Shown here one piece after another: positions 1 to 9,100 of a stretch of DNA of 40,942 bases. Position numbers and translations under genes: made by a program. The notes under the pieces are model-generated. The model ran no database searches. It worked only from the letters and a program-made list of their open reading frames with translations, and was not told the origin of the DNA. The DNA is from a virus: the IMG/VR virus record IMGVR_UViG_3300045988_044441, one strand, 5' to 3'. The number at the start of each line of letters is the position of its first letter. Within the stretch, counting starts at the first letter, position 1.

Positions 1-55
1 AATCCGCATAAACACTGGATTTTCTTAAATAGTGGACTAGACGGGAGTCGAACCC
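1..55. repeat. Left copy of the 55-bp terminal direct repeat (att core, or assembly overlap); contains a tRNA 3' fragment at 33..55 on the minus strand
   Basis: aatccgcataaacactggattttcttaaatagtggactagacgggagtcgaaccc is identical to 40888..40942. The next bases (tcata) would give a mismatched T-stem, so this copy is not a full tRNA. Confidence 0.9.
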
Positions 56-98
56 TCATACAAAAGTTATAGAACGGCTTATTTATTGGATTATTAAT

Positions 99-122
99 TT
101 TCGTGTCATCTTTCGTGTCATC
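99..122 (+). repeat. Tandem 12-bp repeat TTTCGTGTCATC x2; putative arm-type integrase binding sites
   Basis: Exact tandem copies at 99..110 and 111..122, 44 nt from the core. The same motif pair recurs at 40769..40791. Confidence 0.55.
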
Positions 123-125
123 TAA

Positions 126-665
126 CTATAGCTTGTCCAAAAATTCTTTCTTCCACTTCTTATCATCTACCCAGTATGCCGGACAAGCTTTTCCAGTTAC
201 ATCAAAGTGCCGGACAACGTGTGCCTTATCGATGTTATATTTCTTCATAAGTTTTTTCGTGAGTGTAACAGCATTCTGAATCGTTACTGCTGACGCTCCA
301 GCTTTTCCGTCCTTTACAGTATCGCACAACTCGATGTTGATTGAGTTGGCATTTGTGCAAAGTCCATACTTTTTTCCACCGCCTGTCTTCCCACAGTTCG
401 GATATTTTTTCCCACCAACGGACCAAGCAATGTTTTTAAGCGGCACCGACTTCGTGTAAGAATCATCATCGACGAAATAATGTGCGCTGGCTTTGACCAC
501 ATTATTATGGAAGTATTTCGCATTTGCTTCATCTGTATCGCCGTCATTGGCAGTGTAATGGATAACGATGTACTTGATGGATTTTAAACTTCTCTTATTT
601 CCATAGTTTTTCGGATTCGCAAACAACTGCTTTGCAATTGCTTTGATTGCTTTTGTAATTGCCAT
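126..665 (-). CDS. Endolysin, N-acetylmuramoyl-L-alanine amidase (Amidase_2/PGRP type), with no obvious cell-wall-binding domain
   Basis: Motifs IVIHYTAND, SAHYFVDD, INIELCD, VVRHFDVTGKACP. Last gene of the lysis cassette. Confidence 0.85.
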   Translation of the reverse strand: MAITKAIKAIAKQLFANPKNYGNKRSLKSIKYIVIHYTANDGDTDEANAKYFHNNVVKASAHYFVDDDSYTKSVPLKNIAWSVGGKKYPNCGKTGGGKKYGLCTNANSINIELCDTVKDGKAGASAVTIQNAVTLTKKLMKKYNIDKAHVVRHFDVTGKACPAYWVDDKKWKKEFLDKL

Positions 666-666
666 G

Positions 667-891
667 CTATTCCTCCTTAACTTCCGGGATGCCGGCTACA
701 CTGGTGAGCAATGATACCACGCCTGATACAATTGCAGATGATACAACCAGTTTCCAATCCACGGACGATACTACAGCGGCGGTACCAATCACTGCAACAG
801 CAGTTTGTGCCATTGTCTTAACGGCACGGATGCCGGCAGCCTTAAACCATTTAACAGTGTCTACGTTTGCTTTAAATACACAATTCTTCAT
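667..891 (-). CDS. Putative holin
   Basis: Small protein with hydrophobic segments (AVAVIGTAAVVSSV, VVSSAIVSGVVSLLTSVAG) lying between the XhlA-like gene and the amidase. Start taken at the Met at 891 (GAGG upstream); the ORF is open to 930. Confidence 0.65.
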   Translation of the reverse strand: MKNCVFKANVDTVKWFKAAGIRAVKTMAQTAVAVIGTAAVVSSVDWKLVVSSAIVSGVVSLLTSVAGIPEVKEE

Positions 892-910
892 ATTAAATAC
901 CTCTTCTTTC

Positions 911-1252
911 TTATTTGATATATTGAGCAATCATCGAAACCAAACCAATAGCAAGAGCCGTGGAAATTGTGCTGATGATTGCAGTTATAGCGACTGACTT
1001 ATATTTTTTAACATCTTCTGCCGGTGCGCGTTCCATAACATCGACGCGAGCATCCATGCTATCAATCTTCTCATCCAAGGCGCACACATTCTCGTTAGTA
1101 TGCTTTACTTCCTCGACCAACTGCACCATCGTTTCACTCATTGTATGTATCTCCTCAACAATTGGTTCTAGTTTATCGATTCTGTGTGTATTCGATTTAG
1201 CACGCGCTTCAACTCTGGTAAGCCGACGCTCGTTATAAGTTTTAGACCACAT
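911..1252 (-). CDS. XhlA-like lysis-associated membrane protein
   Basis: Coiled-coil N-terminus plus a C-terminal transmembrane segment (AITAIISTISTALAIGLVSMIA). Positioned upstream of the holin, as in PBSX-type lysis cassettes. RBS GGAAGGAG. Confidence 0.6.
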   Translation of the reverse strand: MWSKTYNERRLTRVEARAKSNTHRIDKLEPIVEEIHTMSETMVQLVEEVKHTNENVCALDEKIDSMDARVDVMERAPAEDVKKYKSVAITAIISTISTALAIGLVSMIAQYIK

Positions 1253-1283
1253 GATTTCACTCCTTCCGAAGTTTCCTAACTAT

Positions 1284-1316
1284 ATTGTAATGGATGCCAA
1301 GATTGATTTTGTACCA
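1284..1316 (-). promoter_or_regulatory. Late-promoter-like element A (TGGTACAAA-N18-TACAAT) upstream of the lysis cassette
   Basis: On the minus strand, TGGTACAAA is at 1316..1308, followed by an 18-nt spacer and TACAAT at 1289..1284. It lies directly downstream of the terminator at 1317..1345. Confidence 0.55.
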
Positions 1317-1345
1317 ATTTAAAAGGGGCATCCAAAGATGCCCCT
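1317..1345 (-). terminator. Rho-independent terminator ending the tail-fibre operon
   Basis: Minus strand AGGGGCATC-tttg-GATGCCCCT (9-bp stem) followed by TTTTAAATT. Confidence 0.75.
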
Positions 1346-1464
1346 TACGCTGTCTGCTCTGCCTTTTCAATTTCTGCTCGCACCTTTTCGCGCCATCTCT
1401 CCGGTACATCATCAATTGTCATTTTCTTGTCTACCAAGATTCTGCGCACATAAAACTTAACCAT
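1345..1464 (-). CDS. Small conserved phage protein (39 aa) following the tail-fibre genes
   Basis: MVKFYVRRILVDKKMTIDDVPERWREKVRAEIEKAEQTA. RBS GTGAGGTG. It resembles the short ...TIDDVP... proteins found after fibre genes in clostridial phages. Not in the ORF track (under 60 aa). Confidence 0.45.
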   Translation of the reverse strand: MVKFYVRRILVDKKMTIDDVPERWREKVRAEIEKAEQTA

Positions 1465-1467
1465 GTC

Positions 1468-1848
1468 TTACACCTCACTTTCTGCGGCAATGCTTGCCAG
1501 TTCTTCGATTGCTTCTGCGTTTGCTTCATGCCCTGCTTTAAGCTCATCAATTGCCTTTTCCATTTCCGTCTTTGTCCGCAGCCTGATAGTAACCGTGTAA
1601 GTTCCATCTTCCTTACCTGCCTCGTCCGTATTCGGTGCGTATGTAAACCCATCACACTTCAGATCGGTATACTTTCCAGATACCTCATCATTGTGTGTAA
1701 ATGCGACTTCCGCAAGGTTGTCTGCAGTAAAAGCATCCGTGATTGCTTTAATTCCATCAAAGTCTTTCGACTGAATCTGAATATTGCCGAGACTCGCTCC
1801 TTCAGCAACCTCGAACTCTGTTTTGTTTTTCAGGATAATTTTGTCCAT
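1468..1848 (-). CDS. Hypothetical tail-fibre-associated protein
   Basis: ORF in operon context after the fibre genes. No motif recognised. Confidence 0.5.
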   Translation of the reverse strand: MDKIILKNKTEFEVAEGASLGNIQIQSKDFDGIKAITDAFTADNLAEVAFTHNDEVSGKYTDLKCDGFTYAPNTDEAGKEDGTYTVTIRLRTKTEMEKAIDELKAGHEANAEAIEELASIAAESEV

Positions 1849-1867
1849 TTTTATTACCTTCCTTTCT

Positions 1868-2728
1868 TTAACCTAAGTGGATAACTAACGGCATATATCT
1901 AATATCAGATAATATCTGACTTGTACGTCCTGTGAATCTAATGGATAGATTCCATACTGATGCACTATTTGACAAATTGCATCGAATTAGTGAACCTTGT
2001 ATATCAATATTCTCTCCATTAAGTGTATTTACATCAACAATAACAATGCTATTAGCAGGTAACGATAATGAGACCGTAAGATTAGTAGCCGTTCCTGCAG
2101 GATACTTTATGTTTTTGACCCTATAGCCGCCATTGCCTATATCCCAATCGGTTTGTACACTTATTACATCGGAACCATTGTTGACTATACAAAACGGGTT
2201 TCCAGTAAATATGTTTTCGATGCCAAATGATGGTATTTTCTTACTATTTAGACTGCCGTTTAAATCGCTTATCTGCTTTGCAAGCGTACCATCCAGATTC
2301 GGATTAGCTTGTCTAGCGTCTAGCGCATACCCGGTTTCTGTTGTTACCTGGTTATTTACGATACTTTCCGGTTGCAGTGCGCTTCCGATTTTATCCTTTA
2401 GCGTATCCGCCAACTTGATTACATTGTTGACCTGATCCATTGTAAGAGTCGTGCCATCAATGCTTACCTTAAGGGTTCCATCTTCTGCAATCGAAAGTCC
2501 GTCTGCCGGTTTCACAATCCCGGCATCCTCTTTCGTTGCGATTGCACCGGCACCACCCACAATCGACTTCGACCAATATTCCGTATTGCTTGTTGCCGTT
2601 CCTGCAGGCACTTCCTTTTTTGCGAAATAAAGCGTATTGTTATAAGTCACTGCATCCAATCTCTTATATGTAGCATCTGCGCTCCAATCGCCTTTTGGCA
2701 CGATTGCTACTCTTCCTGCTATAGCCAT
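1868..2728 (-). CDS. Tail fibre / receptor-binding protein
   Basis: The N-terminus (GRVAIVPKGDWSADATYKRLDAVTYNNTLYFAKK...YW) is typical of phage fibre N-domains. Position is distal in the tail module. Confidence 0.6.
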   Translation of the reverse strand: MAIAGRVAIVPKGDWSADATYKRLDAVTYNNTLYFAKKEVPAGTATSNTEYWSKSIVGGAGAIATKEDAGIVKPADGLSIAEDGTLKVSIDGTTLTMDQVNNVIKLADTLKDKIGSALQPESIVNNQVTTETGYALDARQANPNLDGTLAKQISDLNGSLNSKKIPSFGIENIFTGNPFCIVNNGSDVISVQTDWDIGNGGYRVKNIKYPAGTATNLTVSLSLPANSIVIVDVNTLNGENIDIQGSLIRCNLSNSASVWNLSIRFTGRTSQILSDIRYMPLVIHLG

Positions 2729-2729
2729 T

Positions 2730-3458
2730 CTAAGCCACCTCCCAATTTAAGTTTCCGTCATTATCAACGGTAAACACATCCGCTGTGTTATCTGTATAGA
2801 TCAGCTCGCCGTCCTCATTCACATCAAATGTTGCCAGATGAGCTTTTTTATCAATGTTATCGCTGTATTCCTTGGCCTTATCCGCATACTCTTTGGATAG
2901 ATTAGCTTGTACCGTGGATTCCTTTTCTGACGCATCCGCAGCGGATGCTGATGCTTTCGCTTTTTCGGCTTCAACTTTAACATCTGCCAAGAAGTTCGGC
3001 TGCAGCATATCTTCCGTAATGGAACCATTCTTAACGATAGCCTTGACCTTGCCACCCGTAATCTCGAATGCAATCGTATCAGAATCTAAGAACTCATACT
3101 CTGTAATCAAGGATGATAAATCCACGTTCTGCACCGTGCCATCGTCAAGCGCGATTACTAATTGTTGTGTCTGCGGATTGTATGTGAAGTTGACCGCCAA
3201 CTTTTCCAACTTGGTATCAATCACGGCTCGTGAACCATTCATCTTAACGACCGTCAGCACTCCCATAGGTTCATTCCAAAGGATTTCCTTTACAAGTTCA
3301 TTCGCCTTGACAAGATCGACTTTTGCCGCGTCCATAGCAACTATACGATCATCCAGATTGTCAACTGCCAAGTCCATCTTGTTAAGATTAGATTCATTTA
3401 CCGCTGTTTTTTCGCTGGGAAGATTCTCCCAATTGATGCGGCTATATATTTTCTGCAT
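2730..3458 (-). CDS. Tail fibre protein
   Basis: The N-terminus (INWENLPSEKTAVNESNLNKMD) is a common fibre N-terminal motif. It also has an A/E/K-rich coiled segment. Confidence 0.55.
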   Translation of the reverse strand: MQKIYSRINWENLPSEKTAVNESNLNKMDLAVDNLDDRIVAMDAAKVDLVKANELVKEILWNEPMGVLTVVKMNGSRAVIDTKLEKLAVNFTYNPQTQQLVIALDDGTVQNVDLSSLITEYEFLDSDTIAFEITGGKVKAIVKNGSITEDMLQPNFLADVKVEAEKAKASASAADASEKESTVQANLSKEYADKAKEYSDNIDKKAHLATFDVNEDGELIYTDNTADVFTVDNDGNLNWEVA

Positions 3459-5715
3459 GGCTCACACTCCTTTCTAACACGGATAATCGTTGTTCAAAGT
3501 CTTTCATCTGTTCACTCAAATTTTTGTTTTCTCGCTTTAACTCTTCGATTTCCTTTTGCTGATTTTGAATCATCTGAATGTGCATTGCATGGAGATTTTC
3601 CTTGTCGATTTTCCATGTCTTTGAATCTCCGTGAATTGCTTTTTCATCCTCTTCGGCATCTTCTTTTAGTACAAGTCCGCTATCGGACAATCCGGCATCC
3701 TGCAAAATCTTCTCTAAATCCTGCGCAATTAAACCAAACTGTAAGCCTGTGTGTTGCGTGATATATCCGGATTTCCATGTATACTCAACCGGTCGCATTG
3801 CCATATAAACGCTTTTAATATCCCTTAATGATTGTATATTATTTTTCAGCCTTTTATCGGAACTCGGAATAGAAATCAAAAGACCCTCGATATCTATGGT
3901 ACTTTCCCTTGAACCAAAATCAGACACTTTCTTAAAATGTCTAGGCGAATACTTGGTTGTAGAGCTATCATTAAGTGTATAGTCTACATCTGTAAAATAC
4001 CCACTTGGCAATTCGCTTTTGGTTGCGTAGTCACTCAGCGAATCGTCAACATAACTTTCGGTTGCCAAGGATTCCGAGTTTGAATCCGTTACAGTGTCTA
4101 GGTCAATGCGTATGTTTTGCAGCATGGGTCTGCCCCTTCCGTCAAGCCCGATAATTGCAATATCATCGCCAAGTGCTGTTGAATCAAAATCCAGTGAATC
4201 CACGATGGTCACTTTTCCATATTCATCAAGCCGGAAATTCGTGGAATCAATGGTTAGCGTGTTTGACTTAAAGTTTATCTGTCCGGATTCAATGTTTACA
4301 TTTTCCGGGCTCATGGCAAACTTGCTTCGAATTTCATCTTCCTCGACCTTTCTGCTCACTTCCATCTGAATAGAATCGGCGGTTTCTTTAAACGAAGATT
4401 CCAATTTGCCCTCTGCATCTGTAGCACGCTTTGCTTCTGTAGCAATCAATTCATCCGTCTGTTCGAATCTCGTAGAGGTATTTTTTTCTAAGTCCCCATA
4501 CTCTGATAACAGATGATCGGCAGTTTCCTCCAGAGTATGTGTTCGTCTCTTTAATAACTCGACCGTTTCACGCGTGGTTTGGTTCTGCACGGCATGTTTT
4601 TCTGTTCCTGTAGACAAGATCGCGTCACGCTTGCTTTGCACACCAGTAAGGGTTCGCTGCAGAATATAAGACTCCACAATCTCCCGGCTCGTATTAAACC
4701 GGATTGGATCTCCCAACTCTAAACACGGATTCCCCACACATTCGCTGCTCTTTATCGGAGTGTATGCTGCCTGTGCAATTACCGGCAGCAGATTATTCGC
4801 AATCTGCTTCATTTCAGCCCCAGTCTTGTCGCTTATAAGGAAGTTGCCGGAAATAACATAATTGTTTCCAGATGTTCCCACAATAGCCCCAGCAGTAGAA
4901 TCATCTGCCCGAATCTCCAACTGTGTTATTGCTTGGCTTTGGAACGCTTCATAGTCAAATGTGATATAATGCCCAGTCATACTTTCAGTGTTTGCATCCG
5001 ATGGAAAGAGATCTTCCCGTGGATACAGATCTTCTGCCGGATACAATGCAGATGTAATCGCCTTTAAAATCACATACTCAAATCTGCCGCCTCTCCCGAT
5101 ATTGCCAAATGCCCCGTTGATCTCACAAATCGCTTCGATGATTGTCTTGCCGCTTATCGTAGCTTCTGCAGTCACACTGGAATCATCGGACTGTGTAGTT
5201 ACCAGCGTTTTGTTTACTGTCATGGAATCGTTGACAAGGCTTGTCTCTTTCTGTTCGATGCCGAGATGCATAAAAAAACTGTCACGAAACTGTTTAAGGG
5301 TCATTGGAAATGTCAATCCATCATACCAGCTTTTCACATCTGCGTTGATTATGTCATACATGGCATCATAGGCAACGATCTGCCGCTTGGTACGATCAGC
5401 GGTCGGGGTATCAGACTGTACCGTATATGTGCCATACACAAACGGATCATTCTCATTCCCTTCCAGAGTTTCCGTCACACGTAGCTTCATGCCTTTTGTG
5501 GCAATTGGTACCTCACGTCCGGTAAAAGAAATCTGGTTCGGCAAGCAAGAACCGAATTTCAGTTCCGTGCCGTCATTCAGAGTTTCGGTCAATGTGAATG
5601 TGTCCTGCTCTCTCGTGGAGTTGTCAATCACATGCTTTGTTCCGATTACTTCTATATTAAGTTGCTTATCAATTGAGCTTGCATAATAAAGCTCCTTGTT
5701 TTTACCACTTATCAT
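3442..5715 (-). CDS. Tail-associated (Tal-like) tip or fibre protein with a C-terminal Peptidase_S74 intramolecular-chaperone domain
   Basis: 757 aa, located downstream of the tape measure and distal tail genes. The C-terminus (SDKRLKNNI...PVEYTWK...GLIAQDLEKI) matches the auto-cleaving chaperone motif, followed by a coiled coil. Confidence 0.7.
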   Translation of the reverse strand: MISGKNKELYYASSIDKQLNIEVIGTKHVIDNSTREQDTFTLTETLNDGTELKFGSCLPNQISFTGREVPIATKGMKLRVTETLEGNENDPFVYGTYTVQSDTPTADRTKRQIVAYDAMYDIINADVKSWYDGLTFPMTLKQFRDSFFMHLGIEQKETSLVNDSMTVNKTLVTTQSDDSSVTAEATISGKTIIEAICEINGAFGNIGRGGRFEYVILKAITSALYPAEDLYPREDLFPSDANTESMTGHYITFDYEAFQSQAITQLEIRADDSTAGAIVGTSGNNYVISGNFLISDKTGAEMKQIANNLLPVIAQAAYTPIKSSECVGNPCLELGDPIRFNTSREIVESYILQRTLTGVQSKRDAILSTGTEKHAVQNQTTRETVELLKRRTHTLEETADHLLSEYGDLEKNTSTRFEQTDELIATEAKRATDAEGKLESSFKETADSIQMEVSRKVEEDEIRSKFAMSPENVNIESGQINFKSNTLTIDSTNFRLDEYGKVTIVDSLDFDSTALGDDIAIIGLDGRGRPMLQNIRIDLDTVTDSNSESLATESYVDDSLSDYATKSELPSGYFTDVDYTLNDSSTTKYSPRHFKKVSDFGSRESTIDIEGLLISIPSSDKRLKNNIQSLRDIKSVYMAMRPVEYTWKSGYITQHTGLQFGLIAQDLEKILQDAGLSDSGLVLKEDAEEDEKAIHGDSKTWKIDKENLHAMHIQMIQNQQKEIEELKRENKNLSEQMKDFEQRLSVLERSVSHAENI

Positions 5716-6131
5716 AAAATCGCACCGCCATATCCGATAAAAGCTATTCGCCAGCCATCATATTCGATCTTCTTTTCATCTGCATACGCCACAATGGGTG
5801 TAAGATCAGGCACATAACAGTGCATCGTCACATACCGCATAATCTCCGGACACCAAACTGTCACCAGGCACTTTTTCTCCCGCCGCTGTTCCACATACTG
5901 GCTGTTTATGTTTTTCATAAACGCATCAAATTTCTTTTCATCCATTTCCGGTGTCTGCCACTCCGCTTTAATCACTTGATTTTTCAGGGCGGTTCTATGT
6001 AATACCCCATTATCGTCGTTGTAGGAATCCTTGTCCTGCCCCAGGAGAGGGGACTGAAATGTGCTGGCCAGTATACAGTCAAATGGGACTGTATAATTCC
6101 CGACTTTAATTAAATAACCGCCGTATCCCAT
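5712..6131 (-). CDS. Tail component (in the distal-tail-protein position, but short)
   Basis: 139 aa, immediately downstream of the tape measure gene. Assigned by synteny only. Confidence 0.4.
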   Translation of the reverse strand: MGYGGYLIKVGNYTVPFDCILASTFQSPLLGQDKDSYNDDNGVLHRTALKNQVIKAEWQTPEMDEKKFDAFMKNINSQYVEQRREKKCLVTVWCPEIMRYVTMHCYVPDLTPIVAYADEKKIEYDGWRIAFIGYGGAIL

Positions 6132-6143
6132 TCAATCCACCTC

Positions 6144-9100
6144 CTAAAATAAAAATGCTGGGTTTCCGGTTGCCCGGTAGTATTCATTGGCTTTTTGCTG
6201 CGTCACACGGAAGATTCCATTCGGATCTCCTTCCACTTTAAACAGAACATTTACATTCTGGTTCCCGGTTGCCATTACGGATCGTACCGCACGCGCAACT
6301 CCATCCGATACAGATGCCACAATCTGGTCATTGTTCATAACGGACGTATGTCCTGCAATTGTTCCGACAAGCTCCGGTCCTGCTTCACGCGCGATAAAAA
6401 GCTGTCCTGCCGGTGCGTTCTCAGTTCCGACTGCATAATGTGCTATGTTATGCCACATTCCACCGGTATAGATGCCGCCGCCAGCTTTCTTAGATGGTTT
6501 TTTCTTCGATGAAGAATTATCATTTCCAATTCCAAGCCAGTTCTTAAAACTGCTCCATCCATCTTTTATCAACTGGATTCCAACTTTTACCGTGGTTCCC
6601 ACAAAGCTGTTTATTGATTTCCAACCGCTCTTATATAATTTCACGGCTACTTTATCCAGCTTTCCTACATACTTATTTAAGGTAGTCCAGCCATCCTTTT
6701 TCAGTCCAAAGCCTTTTTTACCAATTTCTCCAACAAACTTAGATACTGTAGTCCAGCCTTTTTTTGCAAGAGAAAATGTTTTTTTACCGATCTCTCCAAC
6801 AAATTTTGATACTGTAGTCCAGCCTTTTTTTGCAAGAGAAAAAGCTTTCGCCCCTATTTCTCCGACAAATTTCTTTAATGTAGTCCAGCCTTTTTTTATC
6901 AAAGAAATCGCAACATTTACTACAGATTTTGCACCATTAAATCCTTTTTGGATTAACTTAAGAGCTTCCTTTGCCAGCTTCGAAAAGCTAAATGATTTTA
7001 TCTTTTCTTTCCAACCATCAATTACACCAAGGAAAATATTTGCTCCGAGTGGTTTCATTTTTTTCGCAGGAGAATGGATACCGAATGCATCTTTTATTCC
7101 ATTAACAACCCAATTAAAGAAATCAACAAACGGTTCTGCAATGGCTGCAATAGCTCCGGCAAATCCATCCATAATGCCCTCAAAGATATAGCTTCCCATA
7201 TCCATTATGTCTTTCCGGTTTCCATCAAATGCCGTTTCAAAATTTTTCTTCATTTCCGAGAAGAATCCGCCAGCTTCATCAAAATTAAACACATTTTCGA
7301 GAATATCGCTCATTTTAATGTGTTTTAATTTAAAGGAAATGTTATCAAATACAGCCGAAATCGGAATGGATAATTTCATTTCTTTTCCGTCCCACCCTTT
7401 AGATTTTCCGAACGGAGCCATAATCTTTTTTGGCAAATCTTTTATCCACTTAATAATCTTTGACGGAATATCATTTTCATCTAAAAACTTTAATACGGTA
7501 AAAGTAACTGTCATTACTCCTATAGCAAGAGCAGCATCTTTAAGTGTCAAATTTAAACCATTGTCCTTGAAGTAATCGCTTACAGATTTCTTCAAGGATT
7601 TACCCATTGATTTTCCAAATTTATTTATAGCTGCAGCCCCAAGAATTGTGGCTATGCTTTTAGAACTTAACGAACTAAGGAATGTACTCAATCCGTTAAA
7701 AATGTCTTTCCAACTTAGTCCACTGAAAAATCCAATCACAAACTGCCAGAATCCATCAACCCATCCGTTTATTGCTTCTGCACATTGCTTCCACTTGAAT
7801 TCACGAAAGAATTCATTGAATCCATGAGCCATATTTTTCCCAAATGTCTTGAATTTAAATTTATCAGTAAATCCTTTTGATGCAAAAATTGCTGTATTCA
7901 ACGACTTTGCGATAACGTCTGCGGTTGCTGTAAATACACTATTTCCTTTTTTATCCTCTGAGAATAATCCATTTAGAAATTCTGCAAAATCTTTTCCGAA
8001 ATTTTCAGCTTTCGTGTAAATTTTATCCCACGGAATTTTCCCTATGGTATCTGTGATTTCCTGCCTTATAGTCTCTCCAAGGCCTTCCCAATCTCCGGAT
8101 TTAATTGCTTCTCTGATTTTGTCCGCAAGATCAGCAATATTCTGGTCAATTGGCACCTCTTCATACAGATCGCCTACTCCACCGCCGCCACCGGAACCAC
8201 CAGAACCACCGGAGCCACCAGAGCCGGAATCTTTATTGGAATCTATTACATTCAGCTCATTAAACGATTGTAGCTGTCCTTTTAATTTTTTCGCCGCCTT
8301 CGTAGCCTTATCTGCTTTCGAGGCGGCTGCATCAAGTCCAGCTGCATAATTCTTCGTTTGGGTAGTGGCTTTCGTCCAAGTCTTTTTTCCTGTCAATGCT
8401 GATATAAACTGGTTTACCTTATTGATTGCAGCTGTAAGCATATTTATAAGGTATGTGAGTGCCGGTCCGACTGCACTGATAATCGGAGCGGCTAACGCCC
8501 CGAATGCATTTTTAAGAATTGCTACCGCGCTCACAAGAGCCGACATTTTTGCATTCACATCGCTGGAATACCTTGCCATGTTCTGGGTACCGTCTTTTAC
8601 GGCAGAAATCATGGCATTCCATCCTTGGGTTATCCAGTTAAATACAAACAAGGAAAGCGCAACTCCTTTAATCCTGGACGCGAAGGTACTTACCAAACCG
8701 CTTGCTTTTCTGGTTTTTCCCGAAAAATTGTCAAGCCAGTTTCCAGTGTTCTTTCCTGCGCTCTTGGCACTGCCGGAAACCTTATTCTCTTTCGCAGCCA
8801 ATTCTTCTTGTCTGCGCGCAAGTGTTTTCATCTGGTCATTCGTCTCGTGCAACTGGTTTTCCATCTTCTTATAGGCATCAGTTGCGCGGATTGCGCCCTT
8901 ATCCAGATATGCCGTACCTTCTTTTGCCATTTTTGACTGGTATTTTTCAGCGGCTCGAATATCGGCTCCAACCTCTTCAATTTTACGATCAAGCGAATCC
9001 CATGCTGCACCAGATGTTTTTCCGCGTGCAATCATTTCCTGCTGCCGCTGTAATAGTTTATCAAATTCAGCAGTGGATCTATGTAACGCATCTGTAATAT

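Noticed and set aside
33-55. A complete tRNA gene at the left end of the window.
   Set aside because: Only the 3' 23 nt are tRNA-like. The adjacent bases give a mismatched T-stem, and no D-arm or anticodon arm follows.
6510-6910. Regularly spaced repeats that could be mistaken for a CRISPR array.
   Set aside because: The repeats are contiguous 66-bp units with no spacers, in frame within the tape measure ORF. There are no cas genes in the window.
8176-8232. GGT/GGA-rich microsatellite-like tract.
   Set aside because: It encodes an in-frame Gly-Ser linker (GSGGSGGSGGSGGGGG) inside the tape measure protein and is not a non-coding repeat.
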